Positions 10,977 to 19,961 of a DNA stretch of 64,000 nt are shown one piece after another (position 1 is the stretch's first letter; each line of letters opens with the position of its first letter). Source of the DNA: Obrimoposthia wandeli. Taxonomy: Eukaryota. The notes under the pieces are model-generated. The model was not told the origin of the DNA. It did not search any database and saw nothing but the letters and a program-made list of their open reading frames with translations. The position numbers and the translations under genes are program-made. Where the stretch lies: NCBI GenBank assembly GCA_977020255.1, contig CDROCS010001089.1, forward strand, positions 1-64,000, in the 5' to 3' direction.

Positions 10977-11591
10977 ATGACGCAAACTTTTACAGATCAA
11001 ACCGGTAATGTACGTTGTAGCTGGAGCGAAACAGCACCTGAATTTATTGAATATCACGATAATGAATGGGGCTTTCCCAGCAATAACGATTATCACTTAT
11101 TTGAAAAACTCTGCCTCGAAAGTTTTCAATCAGGCTTGAGCTGGCGCACTATTTTAGTCAAAAGGGAAAACTTTCGCAAAGCGTTCAAACAATTCAATTT
11201 TCATGAAGTTGCACTTTTTACAGAGCATGATATTGCACACTTACTGCAAGATAAAGGTATTGTGCGCAACCGCCGCAAGATTGAAGCCGTAGTCAATAAT
11301 GCCCAAAGAGCATGTGAACTAATCAAAAGTGAAGGCTCCTTAGCGCAATACTTGTGGCGATACCAACCTGAAATAATATTGAGTAGCGAGCCCCAAAGCG
11401 CCACCACTTCCGCTGAATCTGTTGCTTTATCTAAAGATTTGAAAAAACGTGGCTGGAAGTTTCTTGGCCCCACCACTTTATATGCGTTCATGCAATCAAT
11501 GGGGTTTTTCAATGATCATGTTGTAGGCTGTATGACTAGAGAGAAAGCCGCTAAAGCTTATATCGAATTTGCTCATCCAAATAAAAAATAG
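10977..11591 (+). CDS. tag: DNA-3-methyladenine glycosylase I
   Basis: RCSW..YHDNEWG, FEKLCLESFQSGLSWRTIL.KRE, GIVRNRRKIEA, KKRGWKFLGPTT, NDH. Confidence 0.93.
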   Translation: MTQTFTDQTGNVRCSWSETAPEFIEYHDNEWGFPSNNDYHLFEKLCLESFQSGLSWRTILVKRENFRKAFKQFNFHEVALFTEHDIAHLLQDKGIVRNRRKIEAVVNNAQRACELIKSEGSLAQYLWRYQPEIILSSEPQSATTSAESVALSKDLKKRGWKFLGPTTLYAFMQSMGFFNDHVVGCMTREKAAKAYIEFAHPNKK

Positions 11592-11633
11592 TGAGTTATC
11601 ACAGCACTCACATCCCATTCACTATAAATTATA

Positions 11634-11843
11634 AGAGATCTTTGCATAACGTAGCGAGCGATAATAAGACAAGGCAGCCGAAGCGAAGCGTAGACAACAG
11701 CTTTAGCTGGCCCGAAGGGTTTTAATCAAAACCGGCGAAATAGCGGAGTTTATAGTTATAAATGAGCACATTGAGCCGGTTTTTAACGCCGTATTATTGA
11801 GCGCAGTTATCATACCCTCTGGGTGAGTTATGCAGGGGTCTCT
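11634..11843. mobile_element. ~210-bp MITE/REP-like element, copy 1
   Basis: 17-bp terminal IR AGAGATCTTTGCATAAC / GTTATGCAGGGGTCTCT (14/17 matches); inner IR AAAACCGGC/GCCGGTTTT; homologous copy at 17170-17381. Confidence 0.7.
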
Positions 11844-11853
11844 AGAGGTTAAT

Positions 11854-12159
11854 ATGGCTTTTGAAATACTACTAGCAATGGAAATTTTAGACGAACACAG
11901 TTACTCGCTCTACCGCAAAGCAATGACGCCTATATTACATAGCTATCAAGGTAAGTTCGGTTATGATTTTAAAGTATCCCAAGTGCTTATCTGTGAAGAA
12001 AACCCTGCGATCAATCGTGTTTTCACGCTGACTTTTAGTAATAAGCAGCAAATGGAAAAGTTATTCTCTGATCCAGAATATTTAGCGATTAAAGAAAAAT
12101 ACTTTGTTGGCGCTGTCGGTAAAATAAGTCGTATCGCCAGTTACGAAAAGCCTGATTAA
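11854..12159 (+). CDS. DUF1330-like small protein
   Basis: YSLYRKAMTPILHSYQGKFGYDF..INRVFTLTF..FSDPEY pattern; AGAGG RBS precedes the ATG at 11854. Confidence 0.75.
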   Translation: MAFEILLAMEILDEHSYSLYRKAMTPILHSYQGKFGYDFKVSQVLICEENPAINRVFTLTFSNKQQMEKLFSDPEYLAIKEKYFVGAVGKISRIASYEKPD

Positions 12160-12162
12160 TGA

Positions 12163-12861
12163 TTAATCAGGTGTTATCAGCACTTTCCTGGTTTTCAAAA
12201 AATGGCCGATTGCCTGGTGAAATATTGCAGAATCTAAAGGGGTATCTAGAGATTGCTTAACGGATTCTACCCATGGCGGATCAAAACTCGATTGCTTAAT
12301 TTTGAGCAAATCGCGGCCAAGTTCTAAACTAAACTCAGGATGCGGTTGCATCGTGAAAACTTTATCCCCATAAACTAGAAAAGCGTTCTCACAGAAACCT
12401 GACGAGCCAATACATTGCGCATCAGCAGGTTTCTCTATCACTTGATCTTGATGCCAAGCTATCACTGTAGGTGCCCAACCGCTATCGTGCATAGTGTATT
12501 GATGACTTCCCATTGCCCAACCTCGATCAAAAGGTGCCACTGTCCCGCCTAATGCACTGGCAATAATTTGATGCCCAAAACAAATACCAATTAAAGGGAT
12601 GCCACGTTGATAAACCTCTTTAATAAAGATTTTCAATTGATTTATCCAGTCAATATCATCATTCGCACAATGCACAGACCCTGAAATAATCCAGCCCTGG
12701 GCACTAGTGACATCGTTTGGAAATTGACCATCACACACCGCATAATTTTCAATTGAAAAACCTTGCCCTTTGAGCATGTTTTTCATTACTTGATCGATAT
12801 CACCATGCGTGGCAAACATACTTTCATCTAAATGCCCTGCAACCAGTATTCCTATGTTCAT
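12163..12861 (-). CDS. Class I glutamine amidotransferase
   Basis: GICFGHQ nucleophile, WHQD, QPHPE His-Glu. Confidence 0.88.
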   Translation of the reverse strand: MNIGILVAGHLDESMFATHGDIDQVMKNMLKGQGFSIENYAVCDGQFPNDVTSAQGWIISGSVHCANDDIDWINQLKIFIKEVYQRGIPLIGICFGHQIIASALGGTVAPFDRGWAMGSHQYTMHDSGWAPTVIAWHQDQVIEKPADAQCIGSSGFCENAFLVYGDKVFTMQPHPEFSLELGRDLLKIKQSSFDPPWVESVKQSLDTPLDSAIFHQAIGHFLKTRKVLITPD

Positions 12862-12898
12862 TGACAGCTCTTTTGGTATTTATTGTGGTACTAAAGGA

Positions 12899-13861
12899 TT
12901 AATAACCGCGCTTTAAGTCAACGCTAGTAGGTATATTACCCGATGCTCGGTAGGCTGAAATATTATCTGCTGCCACTTTTGAAGCCGTTACTAGATTTGT
13001 CATTGCTGATATATGCGGTAATACAGATATTTTTTGGTGCTCCCAAAGTGGGCTATTTTCACTCAAGGGTTCTTGTTCAAAAACATCGAGTACCGCATGC
13101 CCTATTTGCTCCTCATCTAAGCATTCTATTAAATCTTGGTGATTGACGATGCCGCCTCTGCCAAAGTTAATCAGCTTAGCGCCTTTTGGCAAGCACTGTA
13201 GCAGGCTTTTATTGATCAATCCGGTTGTTTGATCGGTTAAAGGTAATAGGCAAATGAGTATATCGGTTTGCGCCAACATTTCTGCTAAAGCAGCTGCACC
13301 GTGATAATGCATGATTTGTGGGATGTTCTTTGCAGTGCGACTCCAGCCGCTTACGCGATAGCCATGGCGAGCTAAAATTTGCATGGCATTAATGCCTAAC
13401 TCGCCAGAACCTAACACTGATACCCGGGTATCTTGAGCACTAGCATGCACTAATTGGCGCCACTTTTTTTGCCTTTGCTGCGCTATATATTCAGGTATCT
13501 GGCGGTGTAAATACAAGGTCCAAGTAAGCACTGCCTCAGCCATGGTCTGTGCTAATTGTGGATCAATTAAACGTACCAACTGTAAATTTTGCAGCATGTC
13601 TTCAGCTTGTAGTTGCTTTAAACCCATTACCAAAGCTTCAACACCTGCCCATAAGCTTTGCACCCATACTAGATTAGGGAAACGCGCTATCACTTTTGGA
13701 TCTGGGTTTGCTGCGATGGCTATTTGTACTTTATCAGCTTGTGCCTGACTAATTTGCTCTGGTAACAGTATTACTTCGTTGGGCAACAGCAACTTAAATC
13801 TCGCCAGCCACTTTTGCTGTTCTTCTAAGTCAATGTTATCTATAAAAACAATCGGTTGCAT
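12899..13861 (-). CDS. ghrA: Glyoxylate/hydroxypyruvate reductase A-like 2-hydroxyacid dehydrogenase
   Basis: QSLWAGVE, QTMAEAVL, GSGELG, LLPLTDQT, INFGRG, LDVFEQEPL, LPHISA. Confidence 0.8.
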   Translation of the reverse strand: MQPIVFIDNIDLEEQQKWLARFKLLLPNEVILLPEQISQAQADKVQIAIAANPDPKVIARFPNLVWVQSLWAGVEALVMGLKQLQAEDMLQNLQLVRLIDPQLAQTMAEAVLTWTLYLHRQIPEYIAQQRQKKWRQLVHASAQDTRVSVLGSGELGINAMQILARHGYRVSGWSRTAKNIPQIMHYHGAAALAEMLAQTDILICLLPLTDQTTGLINKSLLQCLPKGAKLINFGRGGIVNHQDLIECLDEEQIGHAVLDVFEQEPLSENSPLWEHQKISVLPHISAMTNLVTASKVAADNISAYRASGNIPTSVDLKRGY

Positions 13862-14271
13862 TAATCAAACACCTTCTCTAAGTTGGTAAAACCTTTAAGC
13901 TCAATAGGATTGCCAAAAGGGTCATTAAAAAACATAGTATGTTGCTCCCCTGTTTCATTCGCAAAGCGCACACACGGTTCTATTATAAATACTAATTGCT
14001 TGGCCTTAAGTTGATCTGCCAGTTTGCGCCAATCCTCATACATTAGTACTGCACCGAAGTGTGGCATGGGCACCGCTATATTATCGACTAAACCACTACT
14101 TTGCACCGCAAAAGGCTCTCCCAAATGTAATGATAACTGATGTCCGAAAAAATCATAATCTACCCATGTAGCTGCTCTACGTCCTTGCTTGCAGCCTAAA
14201 ATTTGAGTATAGAATTCACATGCTTGGTCTAAATTGGTCACATTAAACGCAAAGTGAAAAATGGATCGCAT
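13861..14271 (-). CDS. VOC (glyoxalase) family protein
   Basis: FHFAFNV, WVDYDFFGHQLSLH, VPMPHFG, EQHTMFFNDPFGNPIELK; TAATG stop/start overlap with the next gene. Confidence 0.9.
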   Translation of the reverse strand: MRSIFHFAFNVTNLDQACEFYTQILGCKQGRRAATWVDYDFFGHQLSLHLGEPFAVQSSGLVDNIAVPMPHFGAVLMYEDWRKLADQLKAKQLVFIIEPCVRFANETGEQHTMFFNDPFGNPIELKGFTNLEKVFD

Positions 14272-14389
14272 AACTTTATTCCTTCACAAGACCTCAGGAA
14301 CATTCCTAAAAGGTACTAAAATAAAAGCATAGCAACGCTAACACATAACAGATACTATCTTTTGTTTGTCATGATCATAAGGATTTCTT

Positions 14390-15262
14390 ATGGAAACTAA
14401 GTTTTTAGGCAGTTTAGTGGCCGTGATAGAAACTGGTTCTATTGCCGGTGCTGCTAGAAAGCAAAAACTAACCGCTGCAGCGGTTAGCCAACGTGTAAAG
14501 GTGTTAGAAAACACCTTTAAATGCCAGCTTTTAACCCGGGTGGGTCACAGTGCAAAGCCAACTGATAACTGCTTGAAAATTCTACCTCGCCTATTGAAAA
14601 TTGAAGCATTGGTGGCACAAATCAACACCGATTTAGATACCACTGGTTTAACTGGCACGATAAGAGTGGGTGTTATTTCAAGTGTACTTAGTGGCTGTTT
14701 GCCGGATTGTATTGCTCACTTATCTACCAGCGCCCCCAATCTAACCTTGCAAATAGTGCCGGGCAGTTCAGAGCAGTTATATCAACTGTTGCAGCAACAA
14801 GAAGTAGATGTTGCAATTTTAGTGCAGCCAGCTTTCCAGCTGCCTAAGGTCATCCACGAGCAACGGCTGTTTTGCGAGCCGCTAGCATTAATTTCTCAGC
14901 AGCCTATCAAAGGAATAGAGCAAGTCATCGAGCAGCAGCCCTTTATTCAATATGATAGTCAAGCTTGGGGAGGCTCTATCGCTCATCAGTTCTTAGCTGA
15001 TCATAACTTAACGCCAAATGTGCTGTGCGAAATCGACGCCTTGGAAACGATTGCTTTCATGGTGAGTAAAAATATGGGAGTTGCACTTGTGCCTATATGG
15101 GAGGGATTATCTGATTTATTAACAACTTTGCATTACCAAACTATTGAGGATAAAAAATATCATCGCTGTATCAGTGTGCTGAGCCATCGACAAAGCCTAA
15201 AACAAACTCTAATTTCAGAATTTAAGCGAGTGATCAATATACAATTTAGAGCTTGTGATTAA
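14390..15262 (+). CDS. LysR family regulator divergent from the VOC-ghrA-GATase operon
   Basis: ETGSIAGAARKQKLTAAAVSQRVKVLE HTH plus substrate-binding domain. Confidence 0.9.
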   Translation: METKFLGSLVAVIETGSIAGAARKQKLTAAAVSQRVKVLENTFKCQLLTRVGHSAKPTDNCLKILPRLLKIEALVAQINTDLDTTGLTGTIRVGVISSVLSGCLPDCIAHLSTSAPNLTLQIVPGSSEQLYQLLQQQEVDVAILVQPAFQLPKVIHEQRLFCEPLALISQQPIKGIEQVIEQQPFIQYDSQAWGGSIAHQFLADHNLTPNVLCEIDALETIAFMVSKNMGVALVPIWEGLSDLLTTLHYQTIEDKKYHRCISVLSHRQSLKQTLISEFKRVINIQFRACD

Positions 15263-15275
15263 CATCCTTTAAGTA

Positions 15276-15971
15276 CTAAAAATATTGACCTAATTTCCAC
15301 CACCACACTTTTAAAACATCAAAATAACCAGTACCACTAAGCCAAAACTGCAAATTTATCCACTCACTACTCAGTAACAAATTTCCCTGGGCAGTATAAG
15401 ACCAGCTCAACAGCGCTACATGCATTATTAAAAAACTGTAGAACGTCAGCATGAAAGCTGTTTTTTTGCGTTTATGATTAAGCGTTGCTTGCGCTACCAT
15501 AGCACCGGGCCAGCCACCGCATAACGCCCAAAACTGAAGCGTTGCTTCACTTATGCGCCACTGGTTTACTCTAGCCGCCGCCTTGTCTTTGGCATATAAA
15601 TAATAACTGTACACACTCAATACTGCATAGGTAGCTACAATACCCAACGCCAGCTTATGATTCATCACACCGTAGGCTAGAAAAGTTGAAAATAACAGCA
15701 CGATGCCTAATGATAAACCGATTAGTGAAATATTATTTTTCGCTGTTTTGCGTTGCAGCCTTTCCCCTCTAAAAAGAATCGACTCTGCCTTTGGTTTGCC
15801 TTTTTCTCGCTCAGTAATATCAAAACTGATGAGTTGATCGACACAAGGTCGAAAATCAGCGGGTTCAAAATCCTTAATATGTACAAAAATTTCACTGCCC
15901 TTAGTTTTGGTAGTGGCGAAACCATAGCCCTTGTCATCGTTCCAGCTAATGATTTTCCCTTCTACTTTCAT
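15276..15971 (-). CDS. Cold-shock domain + DUF1294 membrane protein
   Basis: WNDDKGYGF..IFVHIKDF CSD; DKAAARVNQWRISEATL..GGWPGA DUF1294. Likely start is MKVEGK at 15971. Confidence 0.88.
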   Translation of the reverse strand: MKVEGKIISWNDDKGYGFATTKTKGSEIFVHIKDFEPADFRPCVDQLISFDITEREKGKPKAESILFRGERLQRKTAKNNISLIGLSLGIVLLFSTFLAYGVMNHKLALGIVATYAVLSVYSYYLYAKDKAAARVNQWRISEATLQFWALCGGWPGAMVAQATLNHKRKKTAFMLTFYSFLIMHVALLSWSYTAQGNLLLSSEWINLQFWLSGTGYFDVLKVWWWKLGQYF

Positions 15972-16154
15972 GTTTTCCCGCATGTTAAACCTGAATATCC
16001 ATTTATTAGAGATAAATTTAGCAGAGCCTAAATCATCCAAAAGTTAATACCCCGCTCCTGCGAGCGAATGTTGCTTCCTTTGCAGTAACACAAGCACTGC
16101 GCATCACAAAGTGGAGACAAAACTAACCGAGCAAGCTTGCCCTGGGGAATTGTT

Positions 16155-17090
16155 TCAATGTGCTCGCGCTTTTAACTCTTGTGGCGCTAGAGCGGCGTAA
16201 ATCATGTCATTAAGTGGTGTGCTCACTCCAGCCTGCTGACCTAACCTGATAACAGCACCTGTTTGACTGTCTAACTCAGAGGGTCTGCCGGCTAGCACAT
16301 CTCTTTGCATTGAAGTATCACTGTTGTTGCTAGAGTTTAGTATCTGCTGCCACACTAGTATTTCAATATTTTCAGGTAGCCCAATTTTCAAAGCCAGCGC
16401 CACTTGGGTAATTTCGCTGATGACGGCTTTTAAAAATTGTTCAGTTTGCACGCTCGCTCTCACTTCACCAAAATTAGCGCGTGTTACACAACCCACGCCA
16501 CTAGTACTGGCGATAAAGATAAACTTTTGCCACACCGCCGCCGTTATATTATTTTCAAGCGTTGCTTTAAACCCTTGGCTGGCTTGAAAAACATTTAATA
16601 GCCGCTCAACTCGCGCCGTAATAACATTGCCTTGCTCGCCAAACTTCAACCAAGGCTGCGCGCCTATATGACTAATATGCCCAGGGCCCGTTAATTTAGC
16701 AAAAATGCCGCACAGCCCGTTTAACACTTTATGTGCTCCTAATTGCGCGGATAAAATACTCACTGCATCTACACCATTTAACAGCGGCAAAACCAAAGTA
16801 TGCTCGCCAATTAATGGCTTCATGGCAACCGCTGCCTCAGTGACTTGCCAGCCCTTCACACTGACAATCACTAAATCGACAATACCAATGTCAGCGGGAT
16901 CTGCTGTCGCTTGGGCTGGATGTATCAAGAAATCACCATTGATGCTATCCACTTTCAGGCCACTTTTTAAGATCTTGTTTAAATGCTCTCCTCTGGCAAT
17001 AAAGCTCACATCCATTCCAGACTCCGCTAAGCGGCCTCCAAAATATGCGCCAACGGCCCCGGTTCCATAAATCGCAATTTTCATCTTCAC
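16155..17090 (-). CDS. panE: 2-dehydropantoate 2-reductase (ketopantoate reductase)
   Basis: GTGAVGAYFG, FIARG, VSVKGWQ, LLNGV, WQKF, TSMQRD, RPSELD. Confidence 0.87.
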   Translation of the reverse strand: MKMKIAIYGTGAVGAYFGGRLAESGMDVSFIARGEHLNKILKSGLKVDSINGDFLIHPAQATADPADIGIVDLVIVSVKGWQVTEAAVAMKPLIGEHTLVLPLLNGVDAVSILSAQLGAHKVLNGLCGIFAKLTGPGHISHIGAQPWLKFGEQGNVITARVERLLNVFQASQGFKATLENNITAAVWQKFIFIASTSGVGCVTRANFGEVRASVQTEQFLKAVISEITQVALALKIGLPENIEILVWQQILNSSNNSDTSMQRDVLAGRPSELDSQTGAVIRLGQQAGVSTPLNDMIYAALAPQELKARAH

Positions 17091-17169
17091 TAGTCCCTAA
17101 ATTTTTATTTCTAGTTAATTCGTTGTTACCAATAGCTAAAGCTGACAATCGTTATCCAAAACATATTAA

Positions 17170-17381
17170 GCGCTCAGTATTACTTACCCAGAAAGCAGGA
17201 TAATAGCGAGCAATAACAAGATGTTAAAAGTCGACTCTATACCCAAGAAATTCGGCACACTTGCTCAGCCGTTCCGCCGATTTCGATTTATACCTTATAA
17301 GGGCGAGCTAAAGCTGTTGTACCCATAAACAGGGATATGGCTGTCTTTGCTTATTATTTTTCGCTACGTTATGCAGAGATC
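17170..17381. mobile_element. ~210-bp MITE/REP-like element, copy 2 (inverted, diverged)
   Basis: Collinear with the reverse complement of 11634-11843, e.g. AGCTAAAGCTGTTGT and TCGCTACGTTATGCA are identical; the left end is degenerate. Confidence 0.65.
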
Positions 17382-17581
17382 GCTTATTATCAAATAATAC
17401 CAATCGCGACAAAGATACAGAGCACGGTTTAGGGCTTGCTATCGTCGCGCAAATAGCCAAATGGCATCAAGGAGAGATTACGATTGACGATGCGACTAGC
17501 GAAGCTCTTAACAATCAGTGCCGCACTAACCTTGCCAATAAAGGGGCAAAAATAAGTTTGAGCTGGCCTTTTCACGCTTAG
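17381..17581 (+). pseudogene. C-terminal remnant of a sensor histidine kinase (HATPase G2 box)
   Basis: Translates RLLSNNTNRDKDTEHGLGLAIVAQIAKWHQGEITI...GAKISLSWPFHA-stop; no start codon, below the ORF-track cutoff. Confidence 0.75.
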
Positions 17582-17613
17582 CCATCGCCGCTGTAGCAAG
17601 CTCTTTTACGAAG

Positions 17614-17646
17614 CCTTTACACTGTATTTGCACGACAGTGTAAAGG
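17614..17646. terminator. Hairpin, likely bidirectional terminator
   Basis: 12-bp perfect stem CCTTTACACTGT/ACAGTGTAAAGG between the convergent kinase remnant and hisN. Confidence 0.65.
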
Positions 17647-17661
17647 TTAATACCTATCATT

Positions 17662-18435
17662 TTAAGCTTGGTAATCAGCCAGTATAGCAAGTGCAGCTTG
17701 ATGCAATTCTTTAGTGGCAGCAGCCACAACTAAACCATCCCACCCCTGGCGTAATGCATTGCCGCGCCAATCAGTAATGACACCACCAGCTCCTTCTACT
17801 ACGGGCACTAATGCTGTGATATCGTAGTATTTCAAATCACCTTCTACCACTAGATCTATATGTCCAGAAGCCAGCAGGCCATAATTGTAGCAATCACCGC
17901 CGTAGCGTCTTAACTGCACTTGCTTACAGATTTTTTCAAAGATTGGCCACTGCTGTTCTGTATACATCCCAGGCTCAGTACAATAGAGCAAAGCATCACT
18001 TAGCTTAGTCACATTAGAAACTTTACATACCGTATTGTTATAAGTCGTTTCTTGTCCTGCTATGCCCACCCAACGCTCATCGAGCATCGGCATATCAATA
18101 ATACCCAATTGTGGCTCATTCGTTTTTGTTAAACCGATCAAAGTACCAAAAGTTGGCATACCAGAGATAAAGCTTTTAGTGCCATCTATAGGATCTAACA
18201 CCCACTGCCAAGCTGAATCGGATTGAAGCGTACCGTGCTCTTCACCTAAAATACCGTGCTCAGGATGTCTCTTTGCAATTTCGTCACGCATAAGCTGTTC
18301 AGTTTGTCTATCAGCAACGGTTACCGGTGAATCATCAGCTTTGTTATCGACACTGATACGCTGTCTAAAATAACGCCCAATTGTTGCTCTAGAGAGCAAC
18401 AATGCAGCTTCCGCGGTTTCTAAAAACGCTTTCAT
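17662..18435 (-). CDS. hisN: Histidinol-phosphatase, inositol monophosphatase family
   Basis: KADDSPVTVADR, GILGEE, WVLDPIDGTKSFISG.P.FGTLI, GGDCYNY, DITAL. Confidence 0.75.
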   Translation of the reverse strand: MKAFLETAEAALLLSRATIGRYFRQRISVDNKADDSPVTVADRQTEQLMRDEIAKRHPEHGILGEEHGTLQSDSAWQWVLDPIDGTKSFISGMPTFGTLIGLTKTNEPQLGIIDMPMLDERWVGIAGQETTYNNTVCKVSNVTKLSDALLYCTEPGMYTEQQWPIFEKICKQVQLRRYGGDCYNYGLLASGHIDLVVEGDLKYYDITALVPVVEGAGGVITDWRGNALRQGWDGLVVAAATKELHQAALAILADYQA

Positions 18436-18699
18436 TTATTTTCCTCTTGCACGCCGTTCGATAAGCGCAATTCACGATGCTACAGCTTTGTCCGAGCATC
18501 GTATTTACAGTGTGCTCATTGTGTGTTTTTTAGCATTAAAATCAAGTGTAAATATCTTATGTTGGTGATTAGCTGAGTTAATGACGCACTGCTTTCCGCT
18601 TTGTTGTGTCAATTCACCACGCTTAGGGCTGCTAATAAGGTAGTAGTCGATAATTAGCCAGTTTTTGCTCTGCCTTTTATCACCGCTTTTACAGCTACT

Positions 18700-19611
18700 T
18701 CAGCCGCTGTTTTCAGGTAGGTTTTCTGTTCTGGCTAACTCAATAATCCACTGTCTAAAATGCGCTACATGAGCTGGCGTATCAACTTCCGCTTTTATGG
18801 ACAGCCAATAGCCTCCGCTGCTTGGCAGCTTTTCAACGAATGGCGCTATTAGTTCACCACTTTTCAGCTTTTGGTCAACAATAGGTGTGCGCCCCATCGC
18901 TATGCCTAAGCCTTGCACAGCAGCTTCGAGTGTCAAAACTGATTGATCAAAGCGATGACCTCGCTCATATTCAATACCTTCTACACCCACGTGTTCCAAC
19001 CACATTTGCCAATCTTCAGGGTAAAAGTTGATATGTAATAAGGTATGTTGCGCAATATCAGCAGCCACTTGCAATGGCTTTGCCTGTGTCAACAACGCTG
19101 GGCTGCACACTGGAAATATTTCTTCTTTAAACAGCAGTGCCTTTCCAGCCTCTTTATCTCTATCAAATAAATAACGAATTTCTATATCAAATGTTTCTTG
19201 AAAGAACTCAAAATCATTGTCTTGTGCACTTAAGCTTATTTCAATATCAGGCACTAATTTTTGATACGCGACTAGGCGCGGCATTAACCATTGCACTGAG
19301 AAAGACGAAGGCGCTTTAATCGTTAATTTTGGGCGCGCTGTTTGTTGATGTAAATTGTGGTAGCCTTTTTCGACTAAATTAAACGCTTGTGTGATGCTAG
19401 GTAGCAATGTGCGCCCTGAGTCAGTTAACCTTAACTTCTGAGATGAGCGATTAAACAAACTAGCGCTTAAATACTCTTCGAGCGTTCTAACTTGATGGCT
19501 GATGGCCGCTTGCGTCACATTCAGCTCTTGTGCTGCTTTGGTAAAACTTAGATGTCTGGCGGCCGCTTCAAACGCTTTTAGAGCATTGAGCGGAGGCATT
19601 CTACGAATCAT
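18700..19611 (-). CDS. GcvA-like LysR regulator divergent from putA
   Basis: MPPLNALKAFEAAARHLSFTKAAQELNVTQAAISHQVR; QWLMPRL. Confidence 0.9.
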   Translation of the reverse strand: MIRRMPPLNALKAFEAAARHLSFTKAAQELNVTQAAISHQVRTLEEYLSASLFNRSSQKLRLTDSGRTLLPSITQAFNLVEKGYHNLHQQTARPKLTIKAPSSFSVQWLMPRLVAYQKLVPDIEISLSAQDNDFEFFQETFDIEIRYLFDRDKEAGKALLFKEEIFPVCSPALLTQAKPLQVAADIAQHTLLHINFYPEDWQMWLEHVGVEGIEYERGHRFDQSVLTLEAAVQGLGIAMGRTPIVDQKLKSGELIAPFVEKLPSSGGYWLSIKAEVDTPAHVAHFRQWIIELARTENLPENSG

Positions 19612-19961
19612 GACATAATCTCATTTGTGATAGCAGCTAGTGATAACAGCTGTGACTATGTTAATAGTAACAGCTCTGCTATCTTAAACGGCCTTAAAGG
19701 CTTATCAAACAACAGTATTTTTCTAGTGTAAATAATTTATCTCTAACAAATCTAATACTCAGAAAAACCTTACGCTTTTGATCATAATCTTGAAAAGTAC
19801 TTATTTCCTAGATAAACACAATATTTGAATCTATTTATCTTTTTATTTGTTATTTTTTAGGAAAAAATTTAATATCTAACAAATAAATAGATAAATCACC
19901 TATCGCTTAATTGATAAACTGTTCTCAAATACTCTTAATATGTTAATCGCTGGAATTACTC

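Noticed and set aside
11830-11853. Longer start for the DUF1330 ORF (MQGSLEVN)
   Set aside because: The ATG lies inside the repeat's terminal IR; the RBS supports the ATG at 11854.
17617-17640. CTGT…ACAG as a LexA box
   Set aside because: The spacer is 9 nt rather than 8, and the sequence is explained by the terminator stem.
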